DNA of 63,470 nucleotides, counting the filler, from Intoshia linei (Eukaryota > Animalia > Orthonectida): the NCBI GenBank assembly GCA_001642005.1. It is 4 parts of 4 records of this genome, joined end to end, with 100 filler letters (N's around TTAATTAATTAA, not from the genome) between each part and the next. Parts side by side here need not be neighbours in the genome. Positions count along the whole stretch, not along the records: positions 24,352 to 53,264 come from LWCA01000396.1; 3 more parts are not named here. One strand, written 5' to 3'. Each line of letters opens with the position of its first letter. The first letter of the stretch is position 1. The notes beneath the pieces are model-generated. The model did no database searches, was not told the DNA's origin, and saw only the letters and a list, made by a program, of their open reading frames with translations. The position numbers were made by a program, and so were the translations under genes. Positions 39,101-53,364 of this stretch are shown piece by piece.

Positions 39101-41512
39101 TCACCTCAATTTGGAAAATTTTTTAATGAATCACTAATTGAAAAAAATATGAATTCTAAAAATCGTGTTCAATGTTTTAGTTACAAATTTCTTTAAAATG
39201 TGAAAAATCACCCTCTATTTTGTATAAACGAAAATATTTTCTTAAGATCAGTTCAAAGATTGCTAAAAAAGAAATTTTAAATCCACTTCTTAAAATTTGT
39301 ATAAAAATAAAAATTGGAAGAATCCTCTTAAAGGTGTGTATGTTCTAGATTTTTGAAACTCGGCCCGAAGCATGATCCGAACACAAACTTCAAAAAATGC
39401 TTCAACACGATCGAAACAAAAATGTTTAAACCTTCAGACCGTGTTGCAAAATTATACTAGACTAGGTTGACTGTTATGTACTACGTACAAACAGGATCTA
39501 GCTCTACCGAGGGCATATTTTTTTTATATTTAAAAAATAAATTCACGTTAAAAATGTAATTTAAAAATCCTACTATTTACTATTATCAATCCTTTAAAGG
39601 AGTGGTTATTTAAAATTATTTTTCATCGGGAATGCGTAGATTTCTCGGGTTAAACTTTTTTGTTTTAATAAAATATTTTAAAAAAAATATATGAATACTA
39701 AAATACTTTTTTGACCGAGAAGTCGTCACTTATTCTGATTGAAATTTTCTGTGTGTGTTAACAGAATACAACTGTAAAACCTGTAAATTATTTGAAATTC
39801 ATGAGCTGTTTTCATTAAAAAAAGAAGGGTAATTTGTGGTTTTGGCCCTGAAAATATATTTTTGTAAATTTAAATTTATGGTAATGTTTATGATATTAAA
39901 ATCCGTATCGGCGTATATATTATTTTAAATTCTCCAGCTTGTTTGATTTTCAAAAAGAGGGACAACTGGTGTTTTTGACCCGTAAGATGTGAAATTGGGA
40001 GGTTGAAATTAAGTTTGCGAACACCCCCGGAAAAAACTGTAATTGGAAATGTGGACTTTATAAAATTCTAAGACGGGTAGTTATTTAAATTAAATAGGAC
40101 ATACAGACAAACACACACAAACAAAAATCGAATAGCATATTATATAAGTTAGGATACTAAGAAATGCCTTAAAAGAATTTCTTTCAGAAAATGTGACATA
40201 ATAAAAATTCTAGAATCTCCCAAAATTTGTAAAATTCCGTAAATTAAGTAGAAACAAAAATATCATTAAAACTGGTTCTAGTATTGATAAAATTCAAATT
40301 TTTATGGTTATAATCATTGAGGGATCATATTTATTCTAATTTAACTCATAGGGTCAATTCAAAATTGATTATAATAAATTTAAAATCATCAAACCAATTT
40401 TAATTAAATTTGTCTAGAACGTACTCTCATATGGAAATGTTTCGACAGTGATTACTAGACCCCAAAACTATTGTACCGATTTGTTTAAATGCACATTATA
40501 TATGCAAGAATACTGGTTTCAAAGAGAAAATAATTTTCTAACTAACGAAAAAGATTTGTACGAATCGTTTAAAAATTGCAACATGGAGATTTTTAATAGT
40601 TTTACTACATCCTTAATGAAGCATTTTAAAAATATTTTTTTGACAATGGTTGATAATTATAGGTACTTTTATTTTATTAAATTTAATTTCGGATGCAAAA
40701 TTTAGTGAATTCTCACAGCAAGGAATAATATTATATGTAAAAGAATTGGAAATGTTTTTAAAAAAAGTTGTTAAACAACATTTATTGTTATTCCCAGATT
40801 GTGACACCAAATCTAATGGGTTTGTATAATTTCTAAATATTGTGTTAAAAATATAGTCTAGTCTGATAAATGTATTAAACGAAAGCTGGCTTTACTATGT
40901 TGTGGTGTTGTCTCATATTTATTTTGAAAATAGCAAGGTCACTAGACAATTTAGTCTAGATTTTGAAAAAATTGAAAAATATTTTGATCAATTTTTCAAC
41001 ATTTGTTTTACCCTTACAGAAAACTACAAATATGCTGTTTTTATGAGGTAATTTGTAATTGAATTTATTTTATTTCTAGAAATTTGATTCTTTGTCAAAT
41101 CGAATTATCTTCAATAAAAAATTTTGTTTCAGATTTTCTTCGTGCAGATCAATTGTCCAACAATTTAGACCCCTATGAATTTGATAAAAAGAGGAATTTA
41201 TTGTTAATTTTTTTCATTACGAAATATGTAAAGCAAGAAAAATGTTGTGATCTTCCTAGTGTTGGTTTTTATATTTTTTAATCTTATTTTATCTAGCTTT
41301 TGAATACCTCATTCCAGAGACGTGTCACTCATTTATATCAATATTTTGATAGAGTTGGATTGATTTTCTCAGAAATTCAGTAATCATTTTCAATTTATTT
41401 TTATTTTCAAAATAGGAATATGATTAATACAATCAAGTCAGATAATAATATAGATTTAAAAGACAATTTATTTCAAGTGATAACTCATCTTGCGAATACG
41501 TGTAAACAATAA
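36162..41512 (+). CDS. COG5: Conserved oligomeric Golgi complex subunit 5 (divergent)
   Basis: N-terminal coiled coil KHHDFFSVALDTEIFE...RNLENAQETFFIIKGLNTIITLSNKL aligns by eye to COG5_N; CTLYMQE resembles COG5 CSxYMxE; 2.8-kb intron 37580-40417. Confidence 0.7.
37829..38560 (+). mobile_element. Helitron-family internal segment in a COG5 intron
   Basis: Near-identical to 23341-23530 and the reverse complement of 39610-40074. Confidence 0.7.
39462..40154 (-). mobile_element. Complete non-autonomous Helitron in a COG5 intron
   Basis: Minus strand A|TCCTAACTTATATAA + GTTT/GTGT microsatellite; 3' hairpin TGTACGTAGTACA, ends CTAG|T; no TSD. Confidence 0.8.
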
Positions 41513-43786
41513 ATAGCTTTATTTACATTACTGTATTTGTTTTGAGTACCCCAAAAATATGCCTTTAAACTATCATGCTATTGTTTGTTTTACATTTTAG
41601 TTTCAAATTTTTTCGTATAGTTTATTAATCCCTAAATGTCGGCTCACCAAAAATCTATGTACATCAGTATAGTATTCTATTTATAACATGTTTAGTCAGT
41701 GTCAAACACAAATTGAATCTCAATCATCAGAGGTAAATTTAGTTTTAAATTTTAAATTCAGACGTTTGGAATATCGGTCAAAATAATTCAATTTGTTTTG
41801 TGTTCATTAGGGGATTCTTGTAATAAAATTTGTCTCTCAAATACTTCATTTTTACTTTACATGTGTTTTATATTAAAACATTTTAATTAAATTAAATTAA
41901 ATTGTAAATCTGGCGTGGAAGGACACTGGTTAGTTTTATTTTCAGCGTGTAGAATGTTTCATTGTTTGAATTACAAAAATTTGTCATCTTACAGGGGCCA
42001 TTGATTCGAAAAAGTTTGAGTAACATTAGGAAATTACATTAGTATTAGTAATAAAAGGAAGTATCATTATGATTCATAATATGTGTCGTATAGAATAGTG
42101 GTTATTGTAGTGCGACCAGGAGTACGACTTTTTAAATACAGATAAAGGCACTGTTCCAAAAGTCGTACTTTGTCGTAGTAAATAAACTTATAAATTGAAA
42201 TTTAACTTATATGTCATTTTTTCTAATCAGAAACATATTTTGTTAGTAAGCAATAGAAGTACGTTCATGGTTAAGTTAACCGTTAACCTAAAATTATATT
42301 ATTGTTTTATTTAAGTTACCTCATCGTTACAAGAAGAGTATTGATTCGCATCAATCCACATTTTAGCAGAAAAAATGGGTGGAATGTAAGATAAATAACT
42401 GCTAGGAATACTAATTCCATCATCTATCAAAAAAATCATAAATATTGGAATTATAATATGTAAATACATTTGGTTAGTTATTATATTTACGCCCTCGATT
42501 ATCCTTTACATATTTTTTCAATTCAAAGTTTTAAATACTTTTTGTAATTTACAATGGATTTATACAAAAATTTTTAAATGGATAAATTCTAAAACATGCA
42601 TTTTCAACCTTTTACACAAAGCCATATTAGAACTCGGCAACCGGTAAAAATTAAATAACGTTGATATGTGTAGGACCTACACATATAATACAGTCATTGA
42701 CTGTATTATACATGTATTATACTTTTAGTACGACAAAAATATGATCAGCCTAGTTATTGTTTAAATACTAAACTAAAGGAATGAGAGGTGGTGACGGGGT
42801 AGTCAAGTTAAATTAATTTTGATAACTTTAAAAATTATATTAGGAATTTAATTTTAACTTTAATTTAAATTCGTCGTATGGTTTGATTATATAACCTTGA
42901 ATAAATTAGCAGAGATAATTTTTGAAGGTTGTAGATAATATTGAATGTTTAAATATAAATCTTAATCAACTATTCGTTATCCTCGATTTTTTTGTGAAAA
43001 AGTAATCAACATGCAACTGTAATACATGTAGCTTAATTGTTATTTATCATTGGAAATTATTTATTCACTTAATTCACTATCATTTTCCAAATGTTTGTAA
43101 AAATCAATAGAACTCTTTAAAATTTTATAATTATAATTTTTTTGGCATACCCTTACGAGATTGTGATGACGTCATTGATATGTAAAGTGAACAACTTAAA
43201 TTTGGCTTAGAATTAGCAATAAATTATATTTAATTTACGACATAATTACCATCACGTCGCGTGATTGTATTTTATTAGAATATAACTTATTTTTTGTTGG
43301 CACAAAGTAAACAGATAATAACATTAATTTTTACGCATATTACATGTTACTGGGTTGACTGTATTGTACTACGTACAAACAGCACCTAGCTCTGCCTAGG
43401 GAACATTTTTATTATACCAAAAAAATAAATTAACGTTGAAAATCTAACTTAAAAATCCTACTATTCACTATTATCAATCCTTTAAAGGAGTGATTCATAA
43501 ATTTGTTTCAGGTGGAACCATCATATTATATTACTTTAAATAAACTTTAAAGTGAATTATTCCCTCTTAATTTTTTGTTTGTTAACATTTGCGTAAAAAA
43601 TTTTAAAAACAATTGTTATCCCATTTTTTTAATTTATTAGACGAATGTGTCTAATATTAAAAATAAAGTAAAAACAGTCCAATCCTACAAATTGTCATAA
43701 ATAGCATAATTCCAGAAAAAATAAAATTATAAAAACCTATGTTGTCATTTTCAATGTGATGATATATATTCAGTACCAATTTAATA

Positions 43787-44475
43787 CAGTCCGACCCCGC
43801 TTTGGGGCAAACCTCGGTGTGGTTTTGAGGCACTTTTTCAGAAATGTTATTTTATAGTATTTATATCGATGTCATAACAATATATATGAAATTAACCCCG
43901 CTTTTGGGGCAAAAATGTTATAAATATAAAATATATAAGTATAATTTTTTTTCTTTTTACCAAAGAATACGACCGGTTTAATCCAACCTTTAAACATGGG
44001 TATTATTAAATCATTTAAAAATCATTATTGTAATTGTTTGAGAGAATTCTTTTTGGAAGATGATTTTAATTTCTTATCTATGAAACTTTCTCAAATCAAC
44101 ATAAGACAAAGCATTTTTTTTATTTCAAAGGCATGAGAAGTCAAAATAGAAACAATTCAAAATTGTTGGATTAAAATTGAGGAACATCATATTGAAGCTA
44201 ATAATGAATATGAAGAATTACAAGTTGAGGAAACAATTGAAATAATTATAGAAAACTTTCACGGGTATGAAAATATGAAATTTTACGATGGGCCAGATGT
44301 CGCCCTAACTGATTCTACAGAAACATTTAAAATATTAAACAAATTAGAAGAAAACATGGGTCAAGTTTGTCCCAAATCATTAAAAGCATTGTACGAGTTT
44401 AGAAGAACTGTTGCTAAAACTATTCATAATAAAAATTACAAAATAACCAATTATTTCGTGGTGAAAAATAAATAA
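43787..44475 (+). mobile_element. pogo/Tigger transposon relic
   Basis: TA-CAGT terminus; PKNTTGLIQPLNMGIIKSFKNHY and KA*EVKIETIQNCW (DDE_1 motifs). Confidence 0.8.
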
Positions 44476-45742
44476 TGTTAAATAAATTTTAATCCTTTTC
44501 ATATGTATTTAATTTATTATTTTTCATTCATGCCTATATTTTATTATCTGATAACTTTTACTATTATTCTAGATTAGAAAGTAACTATAATTCTGAAAAA
44601 TAAATATATAATTACAAAAATATTCATAACTTTGATTTCAGATTTTTATTAAATTTTGATTTTCAGGTATTTAGCTGATAATATCACTCTAAACGAGCGT
44701 TTTATATTATATTATATATTATTTTAAGTTATCCAAATTAAACGATATAAAGTGTGTACTGAATATATATTTCAAAAATTTCGTCGAACCCTCACCCCCT
44801 CAATAGGGATCTTAAGTACAGTAACTTTGATGATGTGATTAAGCATTCACAAAAGGAAGTTGCATCAATTTGTAGCGTTTCGGACGCAATAGTATAACAA
44901 ATTAAAAAAAGTCAAGTTTTGAACCTAACAGAATGTATTCAAACATTCTGTAGTTATTTTTCTTTTATTAGATTTTTTTCATTTATTTTATTATATGTCT
45001 AACTGTTAACATCTCTAACATCATGTTAGTAAAATGTTTGAAAATATTGTAAAGTTTAATAGTATATTATTATAATCTGTACATTGTACATGGTACAGTC
45101 AACTTCCTCTATATAGATTTAACAAAAATATCAAAGATTATAATTATAATCGTTATTAGAGCAATCATTCTCATTTTTTTATATTATACATTGAAACTGA
45201 ACCTTTTAATTCAAAAATTCCAATAAATTGTAACATATACTACATGTAAACATCCTAGAAAATGAAAATATATACATGTATAACTAAATTTGTATCACTT
45301 CTTTCAAGACAATTCAACATAATGCATTTATAAATAGAATATATGTATAATTGTACATAATAATAAATAAATATTAATTGGTTACCGTGTACCATTGTTA
45401 CAAATAAATGATAACTTTTTTTTTGTGTATTTAAATACACAATTGTGATAAATTGATGACTTGCGATTCATTGTTTAAAATAATTGAAATGTAACAATAA
45501 TTAAACAAACGCAGTTAATTACGAAAAAATTAGTCTCATATTTGATAATTGTAAAGAATTTGTAAACAAAATATTATTTTTGAACCATCCAAAGTAAAAC
45601 AATTTGACACTTGGAACTTGTTTTTTCCTAAACTGGATTTTACCATAGTTTTATTGATAATATCATTGATATCATTCGAAAGTTATTTTTAATAGGTAAA
45701 GACTAATTCGTTTTATACATTGATTTAAAGTATAAAAATTAG

Positions 45743-48700
45743 ATGGATGAAAAAATATTAAAATTAAACAAAGTAAACAGTTTGAACCCAACTACGGAAC
45801 CATTTATTATTGGTAAATTATAATTAATTATATAATTAATTAAATTACATTAATAGGAATCTGTGGAGGAAGTGCAAGTGGTAATTTTAAAATATTTAAC
45901 CATTTTAATTACATTACATGACTTAATAGGAAAAAGCACATTAACTAGAAACATTGAGAATTTATTGGAAGAAAGTAGTTCTGTTTCAATAATTTCTGTA
46001 GATAATTTTTATCACGTATAATTTTGCATTTCAATTTTAATAAATTATCCTAGTCTCTTAACAAAGATCAACTAAAGCAGGCTATGAAAGGATTGTACAA
46101 TTTTGATGTTCCGAGTGCGATAGATTTTGATTCTTGTGTGAAATGTGTTATGGATATAAAAAACGGAAGAAATGCTCAAGTTCCCCTGTATGATTTCACA
46201 GTTCACCAGAGAAAAAAAGAAACTGTATAATTTTATTTTGACGTTTATTTTAAATTTTATAGTTGACAGTTTTGACTAATGATGTTTTGATTCTCGAAGG
46301 TTTCTTGTCTTTCTCTGATAGGCGTCTTTTGGAGGTTTGTATCATTTAAATTTTAATTATATTTTTTAATATTAATAAACTATACTTATTGTATACATTT
46401 AGATGATGGATTTGAAAATTTTTGTTGAAACCGATTGTGACATCCGTCTTGCTAGAAGGCTTGTGAGAGACACTGAATTTAGAAACAGAACCACTGAATC
46501 TGTGTTATATCAATGGAAAAGAGATGTCCAACCTTCATATAAACTTTTTATTGAACCGTGCAGAAAAGAAGCAGATTTAATTGTCCCTGGCGGTGGTCAC
46601 AATTCTGTGGCTTTGTCTTTGTTGACTTCAACTATTTATATGCAATTGGAGAAGGTTTATATTTTTATATAAAATTAATAAATTTTTAGCGTCGTATCTT
46701 TAAAAGCAAAAGTATCAAATATCGTAGTATAGAAGATGGACATGGTCCTTTACCTAACCAACTCATTGTTTTGTCGAATACCGCCGATGCTAAGGAATTG
46801 TACAAATATATCAAGTAATTTTTCGTTTTATCAATCTTTAATTTTTTTAGAATAAAAGAACTTCAATGCTTCGACGAGCTCATTTATCGATTTAAAGACC
46901 TTCTTAAACACATGATTCATTATTCCATTGTTTTTGAACCAAACGTAGTTTTTATTATTATATCGTATGTGCGCTATAAAGTGGTTATTCCACAATTTGA
47001 CAAGATTGGCGGGTCACAAATTTAAAATTAAAAAAATATTTCCAAAATAGCTTGAAATTATTGGTAATTAGAGTTTTTAATGCAGACGTACTTGATTACA
47101 GTGCACTCAAGTGTCTAATAATTATATAATATTAATAGTACATTTGTATTTTACTCATTTGAAAACATTTAGTTTAATTTAGAATTTCATGTCCAACCAA
47201 GTCGACACGAATCATTTTGACAAAAATAATGTAATCATAATTGCTAATAATAATATAAGTATTATTAGATGGTTGGAATACATGTAATGCATACCAATGA
47301 AACCATTACATACAAGTTCACTCAAATTTCTGAAAAATTTACTCAAGGAAGTATAGTTATGACGCAACCTGTGGATCATGATGATATAAAAGTGATTTAA
47401 TTTAATTTAATTTTTATATAGTTTTTTAGATTCATTCACATGATATACCCCTTATTAATGAGAATTCAAAAGTAATTGTATTGTTAGCGGCTATATGTAC
47501 CGGACAATCTTCAGCAATGGCTATTAATTTTTTGTTGAAATTAAAAGTTCCTGAAAAAAATATTTATTTAATTTCTCTACATACCAAAAAGACAGGTAAT
47601 ACTTTTTATACGGTATTAATAGTAGCATGAAATTGTGGGTGTAAGTAATAAATGTCGTGGATCTTCAAAATTATTTATCATGGAACCATGAAATATTTAT
47701 ATTTAAATATTGTTTTATACTTTAATTATTAAATTCAATGTAAATGTTAATTACATTTTTAATATAACAAAAAAATTTTTTTCTCGTAAGCTTTGTAAAA
47801 TCGGATTTTTCAAAAAAATATTACAAAGTAAATTTTTTCAAATTTTAAAAACAAATTAAGGGTTATAAATTTCGATTTTCTCCTTAATAATATTAAATTA
47901 ATTCCTGAGGTAATACATTGTTTAGCGGTGGACCGCTTTGAGAAGACTGCCCTAGATAGTTTTTTCTTGTCGATCTTTTATCCAACATTTATAACAAAAC
48001 TTATTCTACTTATTGTATACAGTACCGTGGAAATGTTTTGAGCATGTATACCCAAATTTAACAATTTTTACAAAATTTTTAATCCGGATATCTTCAATTT
48101 CATAAAACTCTTCTTTAGTAACAACCCAAAGCTCGTCTATTGTTTTTGGAGCCCTTATTTTGATACTTGCCTTCAGGTCTGCCCAGTAATGTTCAATTAT
48201 GTTGAGATTAGGACTTTGTGCGGGCCAATTTGGTAACAAATTAATAGATTGCGTTTCAAAAAATAGAGTAGTGCTTCAAGAAGTATGACATCTAGCTTTA
48301 TCTTGTTACAACATATATTCAGGAGTTACAGAATTGGTAGAGCTTTTAACATTACTCTTTGGTATTCAGCAGAATTCATGTTACCATTCATTTTAATGAT
48401 ATATCTACTACCATCAGATCGATACCAGCCCATATCATAATTGAAGATGAAAACTTAACGGTAGGAGTGATATATTTTGAATTGAATTTACAATTTTTTC
48501 GTCTTCTGACATATGATATGGATATTGATTAGAATAAAATTCTGAACAAGCAGAATTTTTATCTATTGATGATGTCAATATTTAAAATAATTTATTGTTA
48601 AATTAGAAAATTTGAATATACCTGCTAAAAACATTTGCACGGTACTGTATAAGGTTAAAAAAAATTAATTAAGTTTAAGAGAGCATTAATCGTTGCAATA

Positions 48701-49914
48701 TAGCACAACTTTCTAATTTCAACATTTTTGTATAAAATTGAGTGTGTCTTACCGTGTAAAAAAAACAACCATGTGTAATACAATATTCGAGTGAGATGTT
48801 TTATCGCAAATTTCATTTTCAGAAATTGAGTCCTTCCAAAATCAAACTTTTTTAATAAAATCATTAACCCTTTCACTGTCTGATGCAATTTTATGTACTA
48901 TCACCACACGTCTGGAATTTGTTTTAATTTAAACTTGTATTATTTTGAAATTACCTATGTGAAAATAAAAGAATAAAGTTTTTCAAAATTATGCTGTGAA
49001 TATCATAGAATACACAGACGTGTGAAGTGAAATTGCTGTGTATAGTATAGAGTACACAGACAGTGAAAGGGTTAATATTGTCGTAAATCTCAATTTCAGA
49101 AGATTATATCTTCGTGTTCAAAACCACAAATCACCTTTTTTTAAAAATGTAAAGTGATAATTTTATAAAACATAAATTATGGGATATTTAAAATCATAAA
49201 TAACACCCTTCCAACTTGCAGTTTCACGATCAAAACCACAGATTACATTATTTTTAAAAAATATTCAATAACTAAGACCTAAGACTTTCATAACGTTCTT
49301 TTTTTAATTAATGATTTAATAATTATTAAATCAAAAAAAATAATTGAATAAATTTTTGTAACATGGATACAATTGCAATTAATTGCATTGTAAAATATAA
49401 TTCTGTGTATAAATCGTTAATAATATGTATTATATGCTAAAAATTGACTGAATTCGCTCTTTTGATTAATGATTAAATTTGAAAAAACTTTTTTATTTTG
49501 GATGGTAACAACAAATTTATTCATTATAATTAAAACATAAAATATATCAATAATGATTAGATAAATTTTGACATTTTTATAACTACAAAATATATAAAAA
49601 CATGCCCTATTTTTTATTGTTATCATTATCAAAATAAAAATTTTTGGATTAAAATTAAATCTGTAAATGTTCATTCTAAATTTCAAAAAAGAATAGGTAT
49701 TTCAACTACAGAAATATGGGTTTCAATCTCGTAAATTGATGCCAGTGGAAAATAAATTTTCTAATATACAATTTTGTACATGTGTATTAGAATTTTAAAA
49801 CTTGCCCTAGTAGTGTAATTATATTTTTATAAATAATTATTTTAAATAGGTATATACAAAATTGCTACTGAATTTCCACAAGTTAAACAGGTCAGTGCTG
49901 CTGTAGTGCGATAA
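45743..49914 (+). CDS. UCKL1: Uridine-cytidine kinase with C-terminal UPRT-like domain (UCKL1-like); 3' end uncertain
   Basis: EPFIIGICGGSASGKST, SVDNFY, NFDVPSAIDF, PLYDFTVHQR, KIFVETDCDIRLARRLVRD, ADLIVPGGGHN; VPEKNIYLISL...GIYKIATEFPQVK. Confidence 0.85.
48020..48647 (-). mobile_element. Internally deleted Tc1 transposon in a UCKL1 intron
   Basis: 25-bp TIRs CAGTACCGTG(G/C)AAATGTTTT(G/T)AGCA with TA TSD; WPAQSPNLNIIEHYW, MNSAEY and QDKARCHT motifs. Confidence 0.9.
48868..49071. mobile_element. piggyBac-type MITE
   Basis: TTAA-CCCTTTCACTGTCTG ... CAGACAGTGAAAGGG-TTAA. Confidence 0.88.
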
Positions 49915-50527
49915 ATTTGTTTATAAATAAAGTTCCTTTTTAACTCATCTCAATGTTAGAAAACTGTCAATTACTTTTTAAATGTAAAAATAAATAGATC
50001 ATTTTAGTTAAAATCTGGATTAAGCAAAATTTTAAAAAATAAATTACATTTTATTTCATGTACATTAGGAATATGCATCGGTAGCAATTATATACTCAAG
50101 TTTAGTCTAAAACTGGTCAATTAGATAGAATATTGTATAAACCACTCCAAATTATAATATATTATATAAATGATATATGTACTTGCAAGAAAAGTGAATT
50201 TTTTTGGTATATAAACATGGTTATATTGAGAAAAAAATTTGTCAACACTCAATTATTAATCTGTGTTAAACTTACTATTAAGTTTACATATAGGGTTCTA
50301 GTATAAAGTATTTTTTAAACATTAACAGAATGTACACTGACTTGTAATGGTTCAATGAGAGCTGTCACTTATTTTTAGGTAATACGCAAAGAAACATTTA
50401 TAGGACTGCAAACCTGCGTCTGCCGTTAGTTACTCCAGAAAAGATACGAAAACTACACAATAGTAATTCCAGTTAGGTGCATGAAATGAAAATTCTTTGA
50501 TATGTAATTTACTGTAAATACTTTTAA

Positions 50528-51078
50528 TTAAACATTTTCTGCCATTAAAGCAATTTTTTCAGACTTCTTCACACGAATTTTGAAAGGTCTCATCAATTTT
50601 TTAGGAAGAGCGACCGAGACTTTAACGTCACGACTAGTGGTCATAGCGTGATTCATCTGAAAAATATAAAATAAAAAAGTCACATAAAATATACCAATTC
50701 TCCAACATTTGCCAAAGTATCTAAAACATCATAATACCTCTTATGAATTCTCATTTGATAATGATCCCACGTTTTAGAACCTTCACCACAAGGTGTTTTT
50801 CTAGTTGTAATTCTTAACCTTTTCGTAGGAATATAGGTTGGACCTTTGATACGACAATTGTTTTCAATAAAAAGGTTGCTGATTTCGTTACAGGCTAAAA
50901 TAAAATGAAATAAGAAGCAAAACATTTACTTTTGTTCATTATCGGTATATTTGTTCCAACCACAGTTATACGAACAACTTGAAGTTTTTCACTGGGTAAA
51001 GTTCTTTGAATGTCTTTTTCATCTTTAGTTTCAATATCAGCCTAAAACTGTTTATCGTGTAACATAATATATTACCAT
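50528..51078 (-). CDS. RPS20: 40S ribosomal protein S20 (uS10), divergent, 4 exons
   Basis: [37 protein letters not shown]; ATG-only first coding exon at 51076-51078. Confidence 0.9.
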
Positions 51079-51433
51079 TATTAGCAAGTTTTATAAAAAA
51101 GATTAGCGTGTAGTCGATAATAAATTGGTTGATTCGTAAGTCCTAATAAAGTTTTCAATTTCAATTTTATTTATTGGTTATTTCATTCAATCAAAAGTTA
51201 TTTATTGTAAATTAAATTTGGTTGATTAACTTTTTAATTTTACTAAATGTACGTCCTTTCATAACTTATCCAATGATGGTGTGTTTGTTTGGAGTAAAAC
51301 CTTACTCTAACCGAGATGTGGTATTACTATTTTATTACGTGTTTTTGTTTGCTTTACTTAAAAATATAAAAGTGAATTAATTTTGGATGAAATTTTAAAT
51401 TTTAATAAGTACAATAAAATTAATAAAATATTT

Positions 51434-52515
51434 TTAATGGTTTTTCTCTGATTCGGTGTCAGACGAATGTTTCTTTAAATTCTGATCATCTACAATTATA
51501 AATTCTTCTGCACTGTCTGATATCTTTTTTTCTTCATTTATTATGTTTAAACTAGAACTTGCGCTTTGCTTTATGGATGATTTTAATTTTTGAGATTTAG
51601 AATCATTGCTTTTTGACGATGAGGATGATGAGTGTGATTTAACCGATTCTGAATTTGATTTTTTAGAACTTAGGGACTCTTTTTTTTCTAATGCTTTATA
51701 AGGATCGTCATGAATGGTGTGATTAAATTCGCTTATCGATGAATCACTTTTAGTGATTTCGATATTTTGTGGTGATTTCTGTTTTTCGTCGGACTTTTCA
51801 CTTTGAATTTCATTTTTAGTATGGTTTAAAGAACTAGAAATTGAATTTTGTCTTGATTGACAACTACTGTTTTTACTTGTGATTGAAATAACTATTGATT
51901 CTTCTTTCACAGAAATGGACTTTTCATCATTTGCATCCAAAAATTTTGTAGAATCGTTTGACGATTTTATTGATTTAATCATTTCCTTTTCGGGGTTTTC
52001 TGATTTTATACTTTCAAAATAAGTTTCCTGTATGACAATATCTTTTTGTTCATTTTGTGCACTGGATGATTCAGAATTTATTTTTTCTTTTTCTTCGTTA
52101 TTGATTTCAACAATTTCTGTTTCTGCTTGAGAATTTGTCTGTTTGCTTTCAGATTTTTCGCTTTTTGAATCAATGTTCTTATTCAACTCTTCAGAGACGA
52201 GTTTTATTTTAAATTGACTTGTGTCAAATTCTTCTGTTTCGTCATTTACATGTACTTGTTCTTTTTCGACACTATCATTACTTTCATTATCTTTCATGTT
52301 ATCCATTTTTGAATTTTCTGGGTTTATTGAAAGAGTTTCAGATATAACGACGTAATCATCGTCATTGTCGGCTTTTTCTGTATTGCTTTTTTCTGTTTTT
52401 TCATAAATTACACTCATGTTATTATTATCGCATTCTGTCTTTACCATCTCGTATCGTTTTGTATTTAAAATGTTTGTATCTGTAATCGTTGTTGATTCAT
52501 CGCATGCTTTTTCAT
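51434..52515 (-). CDS. Terminal exon of an uncharacterised S/E/K-rich disordered protein
   Basis: >337-codon open frame in AT-rich DNA, preceded by a TTTAG acceptor at ~52516; upstream exons not seen. Confidence 0.7.
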
Positions 52516-52584
52516 CTAAAATTTAAAATTATATTTATTTTAATGTTAAGTAACATTACAGTAGTTCCTAAATTAGTGTTTAGA

Positions 52585-52915
52585 CCTTACTTATATAAAG
52601 TAAACTGGTGAACAATGTATGTCTGTTTGTTTATTTGTTCCAGTTTTCACGTACATGTAGATTTCATGGTCAAAAAAGTACTTTAATATTTATTTTTTTT
52701 TGATTTCGAAACTATTTTATTAAAACAAAAAAATTGAAATAATTAACGGACGTACATTTAAAAAAAAGAAAAAAAGATTATTCTGATACAGCTTATTCCA
52801 GTTGATATTAATACAAAATTTTAACCCAAGAAATCTACGCATTCTCGGTGAAATATAATTTTAAATATATTATCAACCAATATCTTTCAAATGTTAGATT
52901 AAAGTAAAATGAGCA
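52585..52915 (+). mobile_element. Helitron-family fragment (5' end)
   Basis: CCTTACTTATATAAAG + GTTT repeat, with blocks shared with 23170-23420. Confidence 0.6.
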
Positions 52916-53264
52916 TCCTAATTTAATTGTTTTGTTACTTTTGAACGTCTCACAAATTTTGCAAAACTATCCAAAACATAATAAACTCGGATTTCCTGAC
53001 AAATAATTGTTTTTAAACTGTTTTCATTATCGCAAATGACACTGTCAAATAATATTACAAAATTAATAGAAAAAGATTTGAAGGATGGTATTGAAAAGGT
53101 AAATATTGCAATAACCCGCAATGTTTCCCTTAGAACAATTTATAAAATTTCAAATGAATAAAGACAAATCGAAGCGAATTACAACTTTAAAAAAAAAAGA
53201 GTTCAAAAAGCAATTAAAAAGTCTGCTGATGGGGTGCAAAAATCTGGAAGGGTTGTTACATCCA

Positions 53265-53364
53265 NNNNNNNNNNNNNNNNNNNNNNNNNNNNNNNNNNNN
53301 NNNNNNNNTTAATTAATTAANNNNNNNNNNNNNNNNNNNNNNNNNNNNNNNNNNNNNNNNNNNN
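53265..53364. other. Artificial contig linker
   Basis: 44N-TTAATTAATTAA-44N. Confidence 0.95.

Noticed and set aside
51270-51325. Possible C/D box snoRNA upstream of RPS20
   Set aside because: Box C imperfect (ATGATGG) and no CTGA box D at a suitable position
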